A stretch of DNA of 64,000 nucleotides, taken from assembly GCA_017469935.1 (NCBI GenBank), contig JAFUFL010000022.1, forward strand, positions 104,197 to 168,196. The letters run 5' to 3'. Positions 37,540 to 45,609 of this stretch are shown in pieces; positions within the stretch are counted from its first letter, which is position 1; the number at the start of each line of letters is the position of its first letter. The notes below the pieces were generated by a model that saw nothing but the letters and a program-made list of their open reading frames with translations, was not told the origin of the DNA and searched no databases. The position numbers were made by a program, and so were the translations under genes. Source of the DNA: Lachnospiraceae bacterium. GTDB lineage: Bacteria; Bacillota; Clostridia; Lachnospirales; Lachnospiraceae.

Positions 37540-39231
37540 ATGAAAATGACAGGTGCTGAGATCGTCGTCGCCTGCCTGCGCGAGCAGGGAGTGGATACCG
37601 TATTCGGCTATCCGGGCGGCGCGATCCTCAATGTCTACGATGCTTTATATAAACATTCCGATGAGATCCGGCACATCCTCTCGTCCCATGAGCAGGGCGC
37701 GTCCCACATGGCCGACGGCTATGCCAGGGCAACCGGCAAGGTGGGCGTGTGTCTTGCGACCAGCGGTCCCGGCGCCACAAACCTCGTGACCGGCATCGCG
37801 ACGGCTTACATGGACAGTGTTCCCATGGTCGCGATCACCTGCAACGTGACGCTGCCGCTTCTGGGCAAAGATTCTTTCCAGGAGGTGGACATCGCCGGCA
37901 TCACCATGCCGATCACCAAACACGGCTACATTGTCAAGGATGTAAAGAATCTTGCGGATACCATCCGCAAGGCTTTCCGGATTGCCACGACGGGAAGACC
38001 CGGACCGGTCCTGGTCGATATTCCCAAGGACGTCACGGGAGCGGTCACCGACTATGTTCCCATGAGCCACACCAGAAGACTGGTGGGAGAGGGCCGCAGA
38101 TACAGTGATTCCGATATCGATCATGTCATCGAGATGATCAAAGAGTCCCATCGCCCCTTCCTCTATGTCGGAGGCGGCGCGGTGATCTCCGGGGCCAGCG
38201 AAGAGCTCCGGAAGTTTGTCGAGCTCATCGATGCTCCCGTGTGCGACACACTCATGGGCAAGGGAGCTTACGACGGCCATTTAGATCATTACACGGGCAT
38301 GATCGGCATGCACGGCACCAAGACTTCGAATCTCGGCGTCAGTAAGTGCGATCTTCTGATCGCCATGGGCGCCCGCTTTACGGACCGCGTCATCGGCAAT
38401 CCCGACAAATTTGCCCAAAACGCCAGGATCGTCCACATTGATATCGATCCCGCCGAGATCAACAAGAACATCAAGGTCGATTTTTCCGTCATCGGAAACC
38501 TCAAAGATGTGCTGCACGACCTGAACGCGAAGCTCAGCCCTATGCGCCACGAAGAGTGGATGAAGCAGATTCAGGAGCTGAAAGCCAAATATCCCCTGTT
38601 TTACGACAAGACAAAGCTCACCTGTCCCATGGTCATCGAAAAGCTCGATGAGCTCACAAAGGGCGATGCGATCATCACAACCGATGTCGGACAGCACCAG
38701 ATGTGGGCGGCGCAGTATTACACCTTCTCGAGACCCCGCACACTGCTGAGCAGCGGCGGCCTGGGAACAATGGGATACGGACTGGGCGCGGCGATCGGCG
38801 CGAAAGTCGCCTTCCCGAAGCGCCAGGTCATCAATATCGGCGGAGACGGGTGTTTCCGCATGAATATGAACGAACTGGCCACCGCGAGCCGCTATAATAT
38901 CCCAATCATTGAAATTGTCATTGACAACAGGGTGCTCGGAATGGTAAGACAGTGGCAGACTCTGTATTACGGGGAGCGTTACAGCGCAACCGTTATCGAA
39001 GATAAGGTCGATTACTGCAAAGTCGCGGAAGGCATGGGCTGCCTGGCAATCCGCGTAACCGAACCTTCCGAGGTGGAGCCCGCGCTCAAGAAGGCGCTCT
39101 CTGCAGGAGTTCCCACGCTCATTGACGTTGTCATCAACGAAGACGACAAGGTTTTTCCTATGGTATCCCCCGGAGCCCCGATCGAGAAAGCGTTTGACGC
39201 TTCCGACCTGGAGCCGCAGAGCCATAACTAA
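37540..39231 (+). CDS. ilvB: Acetolactate synthase (acetohydroxyacid synthase) large subunit
   Basis: 563 aa from ATG 37540 (RBS AGGGAGG). MTGAEIVVACLREQGVDTVFGYPGGAIL and ThDP motif GGLGTMGYGLGAAIGAK...GDGCFRMN. The ORF-track N-terminal extension is rejected. Confidence 0.9.
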   Translation: MKMTGAEIVVACLREQGVDTVFGYPGGAILNVYDALYKHSDEIRHILSSHEQGASHMADGYARATGKVGVCLATSGPGATNLVTGIATAYMDSVPMVAITCNVTLPLLGKDSFQEVDIAGITMPITKHGYIVKDVKNLADTIRKAFRIATTGRPGPVLVDIPKDVTGAVTDYVPMSHTRRLVGEGRRYSDSDIDHVIEMIKESHRPFLYVGGGAVISGASEELRKFVELIDAPVCDTLMGKGAYDGHLDHYTGMIGMHGTKTSNLGVSKCDLLIAMGARFTDRVIGNPDKFAQNARIVHIDIDPAEINKNIKVDFSVIGNLKDVLHDLNAKLSPMRHEEWMKQIQELKAKYPLFYDKTKLTCPMVIEKLDELTKGDAIITTDVGQHQMWAAQYYTFSRPRTLLSSGGLGTMGYGLGAAIGAKVAFPKRQVINIGGDGCFRMNMNELATASRYNIPIIEIVIDNRVLGMVRQWQTLYYGERYSATVIEDKVDYCKVAEGMGCLAIRVTEPSEVEPALKKALSAGVPTLIDVVINEDDKVFPMVSPGAPIEKAFDASDLEPQSHN

Positions 39232-39261
39232 TATACCAAGCGCAAGGAGGAAATTTATCAC

Positions 39262-40350
39262 ATGGCAAGAGTCTATAACTTTTCAGCCGGTCCCGCGGTA
39301 CTTCCTGAGGAAGTTCTCAGAGAAGCGCAGGAAGAAATGCTCGACTACCGCGGATGCGGCATGTCTGTAATGGAAATGAGCCACAGAGGCAAGGTCTTTG
39401 ACGGCATCATCAAGGAAGCCGAGAAGGATCTTCGCGAGCTCATGAACATCCCGGACAATTACAAAGTCCTGTTCCTGCAGGGCGGCGCGCACCAGCAGTT
39501 CTCGGCAGTTCCCATGAACCTGTATAAGAACGGCAAGGCCGCTTATATCATCACGGGCCAGTGGGCCAAGAAAGCTTACCAGGAAGCGACAAGATACATT
39601 GACGCCGTGGCCGTGGCTTCTTCCGCCGACAAGACTTTCAGCTATATTCCCGACTGCTCCGACCTGGACATTCCCGAGGACGCAGACTATGTCTATATCT
39701 GCGAGAACAACACGATCTACGGAACCAAGTTCTGGGAGCTTCCCAATACAAAGGGGCACGATCTTGTGTCTGATATTTCCTCCTGCTTTTTGTCCGAGCC
39801 GGTCGACGTCACTAAATACGGCGTTCTCTACGGCGGCGTCCAGAAGAACGTAGGACCTGCAGGCGTGGTTATCATGATCATCCGCGAGGACCTGATCCGT
39901 GACGACGTCCTTCCCTGCACCCCCACCATGCTCAAGTGGAAGACCCAGGCCGACGCCGACTCCCTCTACAACACACCTCCCGCTTACGGCATCTACATCT
40001 GCGGCAAGGTGTTCAAGTGGATCAAGGCCCAGGGAGGCCTCGAGGCAATGAAAGAGCGCAACGAGAAGAAGGCAGCTCTCCTCTACGATTATCTTGACAG
40101 CTCCAAGTTCTTCAAAGGAACCGTTGAGAAGAAGGACCGCTCCATCATGAACGTTCCTTTTGTCATCGGCGACAAGGAGCTTGAGACGCAGTTTGTCAAG
40201 GAGGCGGAAGCCGCGGGCCTGACAAGTCTCAAGGGACACAGATCCGTCGGCGGAATGCGCGCCAGCATCTACAACGCAATGCCTTACGAAGGCGTCGAAG
40301 CCCTGGTGGCTTTTATGAAAAAATTTGAAGAGGAGCACACGGAGAACTAA
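39262..40350 (+). CDS. serC: Phosphoserine aminotransferase
   Basis: 362 aa. YNFSAGPAVLPEEVL, MEMSHRG, and QKNVGPAG (PLP lysine region). Confidence 0.95.
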   Translation: MARVYNFSAGPAVLPEEVLREAQEEMLDYRGCGMSVMEMSHRGKVFDGIIKEAEKDLRELMNIPDNYKVLFLQGGAHQQFSAVPMNLYKNGKAAYIITGQWAKKAYQEATRYIDAVAVASSADKTFSYIPDCSDLDIPEDADYVYICENNTIYGTKFWELPNTKGHDLVSDISSCFLSEPVDVTKYGVLYGGVQKNVGPAGVVIMIIREDLIRDDVLPCTPTMLKWKTQADADSLYNTPPAYGIYICGKVFKWIKAQGGLEAMKERNEKKAALLYDYLDSSKFFKGTVEKKDRSIMNVPFVIGDKELETQFVKEAEAAGLTSLKGHRSVGGMRASIYNAMPYEGVEALVAFMKKFEEEHTEN

Positions 40351-40352
40351 TC

Positions 40353-41519
40353 ATGACATATAAATTTGCTTGCCTTAACAACATTTCCCCTATCGGGCTC
40401 AAGAACTTTACCAACCGCTATGAGCAGGTCAGCGATCTGCAGGAGGCAAACGGGATCCTTGTCAGAAGCTCCTCGATGCACGACATGGAATTTTCGGAAA
40501 ACCTCTACGCGATCGCCAGGGCCGGCGCCGGCGTCAACAACATCCCTCTGCAGAAATGTGCAGAGAAGGGCATTGTTGTCTTCAATACGCCCGGTGCCAA
40601 CGCAAACGGCGTAAAGGAACTGGTCTTCGCGGGAATGCTGCTGGCCTCCAGAGACGTCGTGGAAGGCGTCGACTGGGTACGCGCCAATAAAGACAAGGCG
40701 GACATTGCCAAAATAGCGGAAAAGGAAAAGAAAAAGTTCGCAGGCACGGAGCTGCAGGGCAAAAAGCTCGGCATCATCGGTCTGGGCGCGATCGGCGTCA
40801 TCGTCGCGAACGCCGCCGTAAACCTCGGCATGGATGTCTACGGCTACGATCCTTATGTATCCGTCGACTCCGCATGGCACCTGAGCCGCAAGATCACGCA
40901 TGTTCTCAACGTGGATGATATCTATAAGAACTGCGACTTCATCACCATCCATGTGCCTCTGCTCGATTCCACGAAGCACATGATCGGCAAGGAAGCGGTC
41001 GCCAAAATGAAGAAAGGCGTCATTCTGATCAACATGGCGAGAGACCTTCTCGTGGACGAGGAAGCCGTTGTCGCGGCGATCGAGGCCGGCAAGGTCCGCA
41101 GATATGTTTCCGATTTTCCCAACCCCACAGTGGCAGGAAAGAAGGGCTGCATCACGACCCCTCATCTGGGCGCCTCCACGGAGGAATCCGAGATCAACTG
41201 CGCGAAGATGGCGGTGGATGAGCTCCGGGACTATCTCGAGAACGGCAACATAAAGAACAGCGTGAACTATCCCAGCTGCGATATGGGCGTGTGCACTGCG
41301 GGCGGCCGCATCTGCATTTTCCATAAGAACCAGCCCAGCATGATCACGCAGTTCACACAGATCCTCGGCGCATCGGACGTCAATATCGCCGGCATGGCCA
41401 ACAAGTCCAAGAAGGAAGTAGCTTACACGCTGATCGATTTTGACAGCCCTGCGGACAAGGAACTTGTCCGGAAGCTCGGAGAAGTCAAGGACGTTTACAG
41501 AGTCAGAGTGATTAAATAA
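40353..41519 (+). CDS. serA: D-3-phosphoglycerate dehydrogenase (with C-terminal ACT-like domain)
   Basis: 388 aa. NAD motif LGIIGLGAIGVIVA, catalytic RD..VDE and HLGAST. It starts 2 nt after serC. Confidence 0.88.
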   Translation: MTYKFACLNNISPIGLKNFTNRYEQVSDLQEANGILVRSSSMHDMEFSENLYAIARAGAGVNNIPLQKCAEKGIVVFNTPGANANGVKELVFAGMLLASRDVVEGVDWVRANKDKADIAKIAEKEKKKFAGTELQGKKLGIIGLGAIGVIVANAAVNLGMDVYGYDPYVSVDSAWHLSRKITHVLNVDDIYKNCDFITIHVPLLDSTKHMIGKEAVAKMKKGVILINMARDLLVDEEAVVAAIEAGKVRRYVSDFPNPTVAGKKGCITTPHLGASTEESEINCAKMAVDELRDYLENGNIKNSVNYPSCDMGVCTAGGRICIFHKNQPSMITQFTQILGASDVNIAGMANKSKKEVAYTLIDFDSPADKELVRKLGEVKDVYRVRVIK

Positions 41520-41529
41520 GGAGTTCAAT

Positions 41530-42771
41530 ATGGCTAAGATCAGAGCATTCGCGGCACTTCGGCCCGCGAAAGGTCTCGAGGACAAGATTGCGGCACTGCC
41601 ATATGACGTTTATAACAGGGAAGAAGCAAAGCGGGTTGTAAGATCCAACCCGCTTTCTTTTCTGGCGATCGACAGGGCGGAGACACAGTTCCCGGATACG
41701 GTCGGCACCTATGAAGACTGCGTATATGCAAAGGCCAGGGACATGCTGGATACGGCGATCGCGGACGGAAACTTTGTTCAGGACAGCGCTCCCTGCTATT
41801 ATCTGTATGAGCAGACAATGAACGGGCGCGCGCAGACCGGAATCGTCGCCTGCGCCTCCATCGATGACTACATCTCGGGCGTCATCAAAAAGCACGAGAA
41901 CACAAGAGTGGACAAAGAGATCGACCGAATCCGCCACGTTGACACCTGCAACGCGCAGACCGGCCCGATCTTTCTGTGCTACCGCAATATTGACGCACTG
42001 GACCAGCTGACAAGGGAGCGGAAGCAGAGCCCGGCGGAATGTGATTTTCTCTCGGAAGGCGGGATCCGAAACCGCGTATGGATCATTTCCGATGAGGAAT
42101 CCAAAAAGATCATCCGCGAAGCCTTTGAGGGGACCGACAGGATCTATATAGCCGACGGCCATCACCGGTGCGCCTCGGCGGTAAAGGTCGGCCTTAAGAG
42201 GAGAGAGCAGTTCCCGGACTATACGGGAGAAGAAGAGTTCAATTACTTCCTCGCCGTATTGTTCCCGCAGGACCAGCTGATGGTCATGGATTACAACAGG
42301 GTAGTAAAGGACCTGAACGGGCTTAGCGCCGAGCGGTTTTTGGAAGTTCTCGGCGAAGTCTTTGCGATCACCTGTGAAGGGAAAGAGCCGGTCCATCCAG
42401 CCGAAAAGGGGGAATTCGGACTTTATCTGTGTGACGGAAACTGGTACCGGCTGACTGCGCGCAGGCAGCCGGACAGCAGCGATCCCGTAAAGAGCCTGGA
42501 CGTCTCCTTCCTGCAGGATCACGTGCTGGGGCCGGTCCTGAACATCAATAATCCCAAGGAAGATCCCAGAATTTCCTTTGTCGGGGGCATCCGCGGGCTT
42601 GGGGAGCTGCAGAAGAGGGTGGACAGCGGGAAAGACATGGCCGCCTTTTCCATGTATCCCACTTCCATGAGCGAGCTGTTTGCCGTGGCAGACGCGGGAG
42701 AGCTGATGCCGCCCAAGTCCACATGGTTTGAACCCAAACTTCTGAGCGGTCTTTTTATTCACAGACTCTGA
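41530..42771 (+). CDS. DUF1015-family protein (unknown function, operonic with serCA)
   Basis: 413 aa. LRPAKGLEDKIAALPYDVY N-terminus, IKKHENTRVDKE, IYIADGHHRCASA, and the C-terminal PPKSTWFEPKLLSGL. These blocks characterise DUF1015 as I remember it. Confidence 0.75.
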   Translation: MAKIRAFAALRPAKGLEDKIAALPYDVYNREEAKRVVRSNPLSFLAIDRAETQFPDTVGTYEDCVYAKARDMLDTAIADGNFVQDSAPCYYLYEQTMNGRAQTGIVACASIDDYISGVIKKHENTRVDKEIDRIRHVDTCNAQTGPIFLCYRNIDALDQLTRERKQSPAECDFLSEGGIRNRVWIISDEESKKIIREAFEGTDRIYIADGHHRCASAVKVGLKRREQFPDYTGEEEFNYFLAVLFPQDQLMVMDYNRVVKDLNGLSAERFLEVLGEVFAITCEGKEPVHPAEKGEFGLYLCDGNWYRLTARRQPDSSDPVKSLDVSFLQDHVLGPVLNINNPKEDPRISFVGGIRGLGELQKRVDSGKDMAAFSMYPTSMSELFAVADAGELMPPKSTWFEPKLLSGLFIHRL

Positions 42772-42790
42772 TCAACGAGAAAAAAAGCTC

Positions 42791-42819
42791 TTGCATAAAA
42801 TCTTCAAAGTCTATATAAT
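42791..42819 (+). promoter_or_regulatory. Consensus-like promoter TTGCAT-17-TATAAT for tRNA-Thr
   Basis: TTGCAT at 42791-42796, a 17-nt spacer, and TATAAT at 42814-42819, 40 nt upstream of the tRNA. Confidence 0.65.
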
Positions 42820-42858
42820 ACAAAAGACGCTTATAGAGCCGTCAGTTTGACGGCACAT

Positions 42859-42931
42859 GCTGGAATAGCGCAGTCGGTAGCGCAACTGATTCGTAATCAG
42901 TAGGTCGAGGGTTCGAGTCCCTTTTCCAGCT
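42859..42931 (+). tRNA. tRNA-Thr (anticodon CGT)
   Basis: Manual cloverleaf: acceptor GCTGGAA/TTCCAGC, D arm GCGC-AGTCGGTA-GCGC, anticodon arm ACTGA-TTCGTAA-TCAGT, variable loop AGGTC, T arm GAGGG-TTCGAGT-CCCTT, discriminator T. No encoded CCA. Confidence 0.9.
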
Positions 42932-42944
42932 TAAGTCGGAAAGT

Positions 42945-42985
42945 GCGGGGTACCTGATCGGTTTCCCGCTTTTCTTTTTATTTTG
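42945..42985 (+). terminator. Terminator after tRNA-Thr
   Basis: gcgggg...tcccgc stem (one G.U pair, 13-nt loop) followed by ttttctttttatttt. Confidence 0.5.
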
Positions 42986-43004
42986 ATTATACGGAGGGAA
43001 TTCT

Positions 43005-44402
43005 ATGGCACAGCTTTGGGGCGGCCGCTTCACCAAACAGACCGATGAAGCCGTAAAGGCATTTAATGACTCGATCGGTTTCGACAAGAGACTCTACAGA
43101 GAAGATATCGAGGGGAGCATCGCGCACGCGCAGATGCTCGGAGCGCAGGGGATCATTACGGAAGATGAAGCCGGCCGGATCACCGCGGAGCTCGCCAGGA
43201 TCCTCGCGGACGTGGAGAGCGGCGCTCTCCCGATCACAAGCGAGTACGAGGACATCCACAGCTTTGTGGAAGCCAATCTGATCGACCGGATCGGAGACGC
43301 CGGCAAGAAGCTTCACACCGGCAGAAGCCGGAACGACCAGGTGGCCCTGGATATGAAGCTCTATACCCGCCGCAAGACCCGCGAGATCCGGGAACAGCTC
43401 GGCACTCTCCTGGATACCATTTTGAGGCTCATGGAAGAGAATACCGACACTTACATGCCCGGATTCACCCATCTGCAGAAGGCGCAGCCCACCTCGCTGG
43501 CCCATCACCTTGGCGCCTATTTCGAGATGTTCAGGCGGGATGCGGGGAGACTGGACGACTGCCTCGAGAGAATGAACTTCTGTCCCCTCGGGAGCGGCGC
43601 GCTGGCAGGCACCACCTATCCCCTGGACCGCTATATGACCGCGGAAAAGCTCGGATTTGCGGGCCCCACGCTCAACAGCATGGATTCCGTCTCCGACAGG
43701 GATTACCTGATCGAGCTGATGTCGGATCTGTCGCTCATCATGATGCACCTGAGCCGTTTCAGCGAGGAGCTCATCACCTGGAATTCCAACGAATACCGCT
43801 TCGTGGAAATGGACGACGCTTTCTCCACCGGCAGCAGCATCATGCCGCAGAAGAAGAATCCGGATATCTGCGAGCTGGTGAGAGGCAAGACCGGCAGGGT
43901 ATACGGCGATCTCATGTCGCTTCTTACCACCATGAAAGGCCTGCCGCTCGCCTACAACAAGGACATGCAGGAAGATAAAGAGCCCGCTTTCGACGCCATT
44001 GACACAGCGATGGCCTGCCTGTCGCTCTTTGAGGGTATGCTGGCCACGATCACTTTCCGCAAGGAAGTCATGCGCCTTAGCGCGGTCAGGGGCTTTACGA
44101 ACGCCACCGACGCGGCGGACTATCTTGTCACCAAGGGCGTACCTTTCCGCGACGCGCACGGGATCATCGGAAGGCTCGTCCTTCACTGCATCGATGAAAA
44201 CAAGAGCATTGAGAATCTGTCCGTGAGCGAGCTGAAGGAATTCAGCCCAGCTTTTGAGGAAGATATATACGAGGCTGTTTCTCTGCGAACCTGTGTGGAG
44301 AAGCGCCTGACGCTCGGAGCTCCCGGCTCCGAGATGATGAAAAAGGTCATCGAACAGGAAAAAGAATGGCTCGCCGGATGGCACAGCCGGATCGATCTGT
44401 GA
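43005..44402 (+). CDS. argH: Argininosuccinate lyase
   Basis: 465 aa. LWGGRFT N-terminus, HTGRSRNDQV, and the fumarate-lyase signature GSSIMPQKKNPD. Confidence 0.95.
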   Translation: MAQLWGGRFTKQTDEAVKAFNDSIGFDKRLYREDIEGSIAHAQMLGAQGIITEDEAGRITAELARILADVESGALPITSEYEDIHSFVEANLIDRIGDAGKKLHTGRSRNDQVALDMKLYTRRKTREIREQLGTLLDTILRLMEENTDTYMPGFTHLQKAQPTSLAHHLGAYFEMFRRDAGRLDDCLERMNFCPLGSGALAGTTYPLDRYMTAEKLGFAGPTLNSMDSVSDRDYLIELMSDLSLIMMHLSRFSEELITWNSNEYRFVEMDDAFSTGSSIMPQKKNPDICELVRGKTGRVYGDLMSLLTTMKGLPLAYNKDMQEDKEPAFDAIDTAMACLSLFEGMLATITFRKEVMRLSAVRGFTNATDAADYLVTKGVPFRDAHGIIGRLVLHCIDENKSIENLSVSELKEFSPAFEEDIYEAVSLRTCVEKRLTLGAPGSEMMKKVIEQEKEWLAGWHSRIDL

Positions 44403-44405
44403 TAC

Positions 44406-44446
44406 TTCAAGGCTCGCAGAGCGAGCCGCCTATAGAGGCGGGAGAC
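44406..44446 (-). repeat. REP-like palindromic intergenic repeat, copy D (inverted orientation)
   Basis: 44406-44430 (ttcaaggctcgcagagcgagccgcc) is the exact reverse complement of 13150-13174. An adjacent second hairpin is ccgcct-atag-aggcgg. Confidence 0.9.
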
Positions 44447-44498
44447 TTCCCACCTGAGTTAATACGTGAAAAACCACTTGTTTAAGGAGGATTTTAAA

Positions 44499-45584
44499 AT
44501 GAACAAGAAACTTCGCGCAGGTATCCTTGGCGGAACCGGAATGGTCGGCCAGAGATTCATCTCCCTTCTGGAGAATCACCCCTGGTTCGAGGTCACTACG
44601 ATCGCGGCCAGCCCCCGAAGCGCAGGCAAGACCTACGAGGAATGCGTCGAGGGAAGATGGAAGATGGATACGCCCATCCCCGAATCCGTCAGGAAGATCG
44701 TCGTAAAGAATGTCCAGGACGTCGAGGCGGTCGCCTCCGAGGTGGATTTCTGCTTCAGCGCGGTTGACATGTCCAAGGACGCGATCCGTGCCATTGAAGA
44801 AGAGTATGCCAAAACAGAGACGCCTGTCGTTTCCAACAACAGCGCCCACCGCTGGACCCCGGATGTTCCCATGATCATCCCGGAGATCAACCCCGAGCAC
44901 ACCGCCGTCATCGAATACCAGAAGAAGAGACTGGGCACTACCCGCGGCTTTATCGCGGTCAAGCCCAACTGCTCCATCCAGAGCTATACGCCCGCTCTGG
45001 CAGCATGGAAAGAGTTTGAGCCCTATCAGGCAGTCGTATCGACCTACCAGGCCATCTCCGGCGCCGGAAAGACCTTCAAGGACTGGCCCGAGATGAACGG
45101 CAATATCATCCCTTACATCGGCGGAGAAGAAGAGAAGAGCGAGAAGGAGCCTCTTCGCATTTTTGGTCACATCGAAAACGGCGTGATCGTTCCCGGAGAA
45201 GGAATCACGATCACAAGCCAGTGCATCCGCGTTCCTGTTCTCTACGGACACACCGCGACCGTATTCGTCAATTTCCGCAAGGATCCCACCAAGGAGCAGC
45301 TGATTGAGGCGCTCCGGGCCTTCCGCGGCGTGCCGCAGGAGGAGAAGCTCCCCAGCGCTCCCGCGAACTTCATTCAGTACCTTGAGGAGGACAACCGCCC
45401 TCAGGTCTCCCTGGATGTCAATTATGAGAACGGCATGGGCGTGTCCATCGGCCGTCTGAGAGAGGATACCCTCTTTGACTGGAAATTCGTGGGCCTCTCC
45501 CACAACACGATCCGCGGAGCCGCAGGCGGCGGCGTCGAGTGCGCGGAACTTCTCACGGCTCAGGGATATATCACAAGCAAATAA
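44499..45584 (+). CDS. asd: Aspartate-semialdehyde dehydrogenase
   Basis: 361 aa from ATG 44499 (RBS AAGGAGG). GILGGTGMVGQRF Rossmann motif, active-site Cys in KPNCSIQ, and QAISGAG. Confidence 0.88.
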   Translation: MNKKLRAGILGGTGMVGQRFISLLENHPWFEVTTIAASPRSAGKTYEECVEGRWKMDTPIPESVRKIVVKNVQDVEAVASEVDFCFSAVDMSKDAIRAIEEEYAKTETPVVSNNSAHRWTPDVPMIIPEINPEHTAVIEYQKKRLGTTRGFIAVKPNCSIQSYTPALAAWKEFEPYQAVVSTYQAISGAGKTFKDWPEMNGNIIPYIGGEEEKSEKEPLRIFGHIENGVIVPGEGITITSQCIRVPVLYGHTATVFVNFRKDPTKEQLIEALRAFRGVPQEEKLPSAPANFIQYLEEDNRPQVSLDVNYENGMGVSIGRLREDTLFDWKFVGLSHNTIRGAAGGGVECAELLTAQGYITSK

Positions 45585-45609
45585 AACAGCTGCAACCGAG
45601 AGAGTGTGA

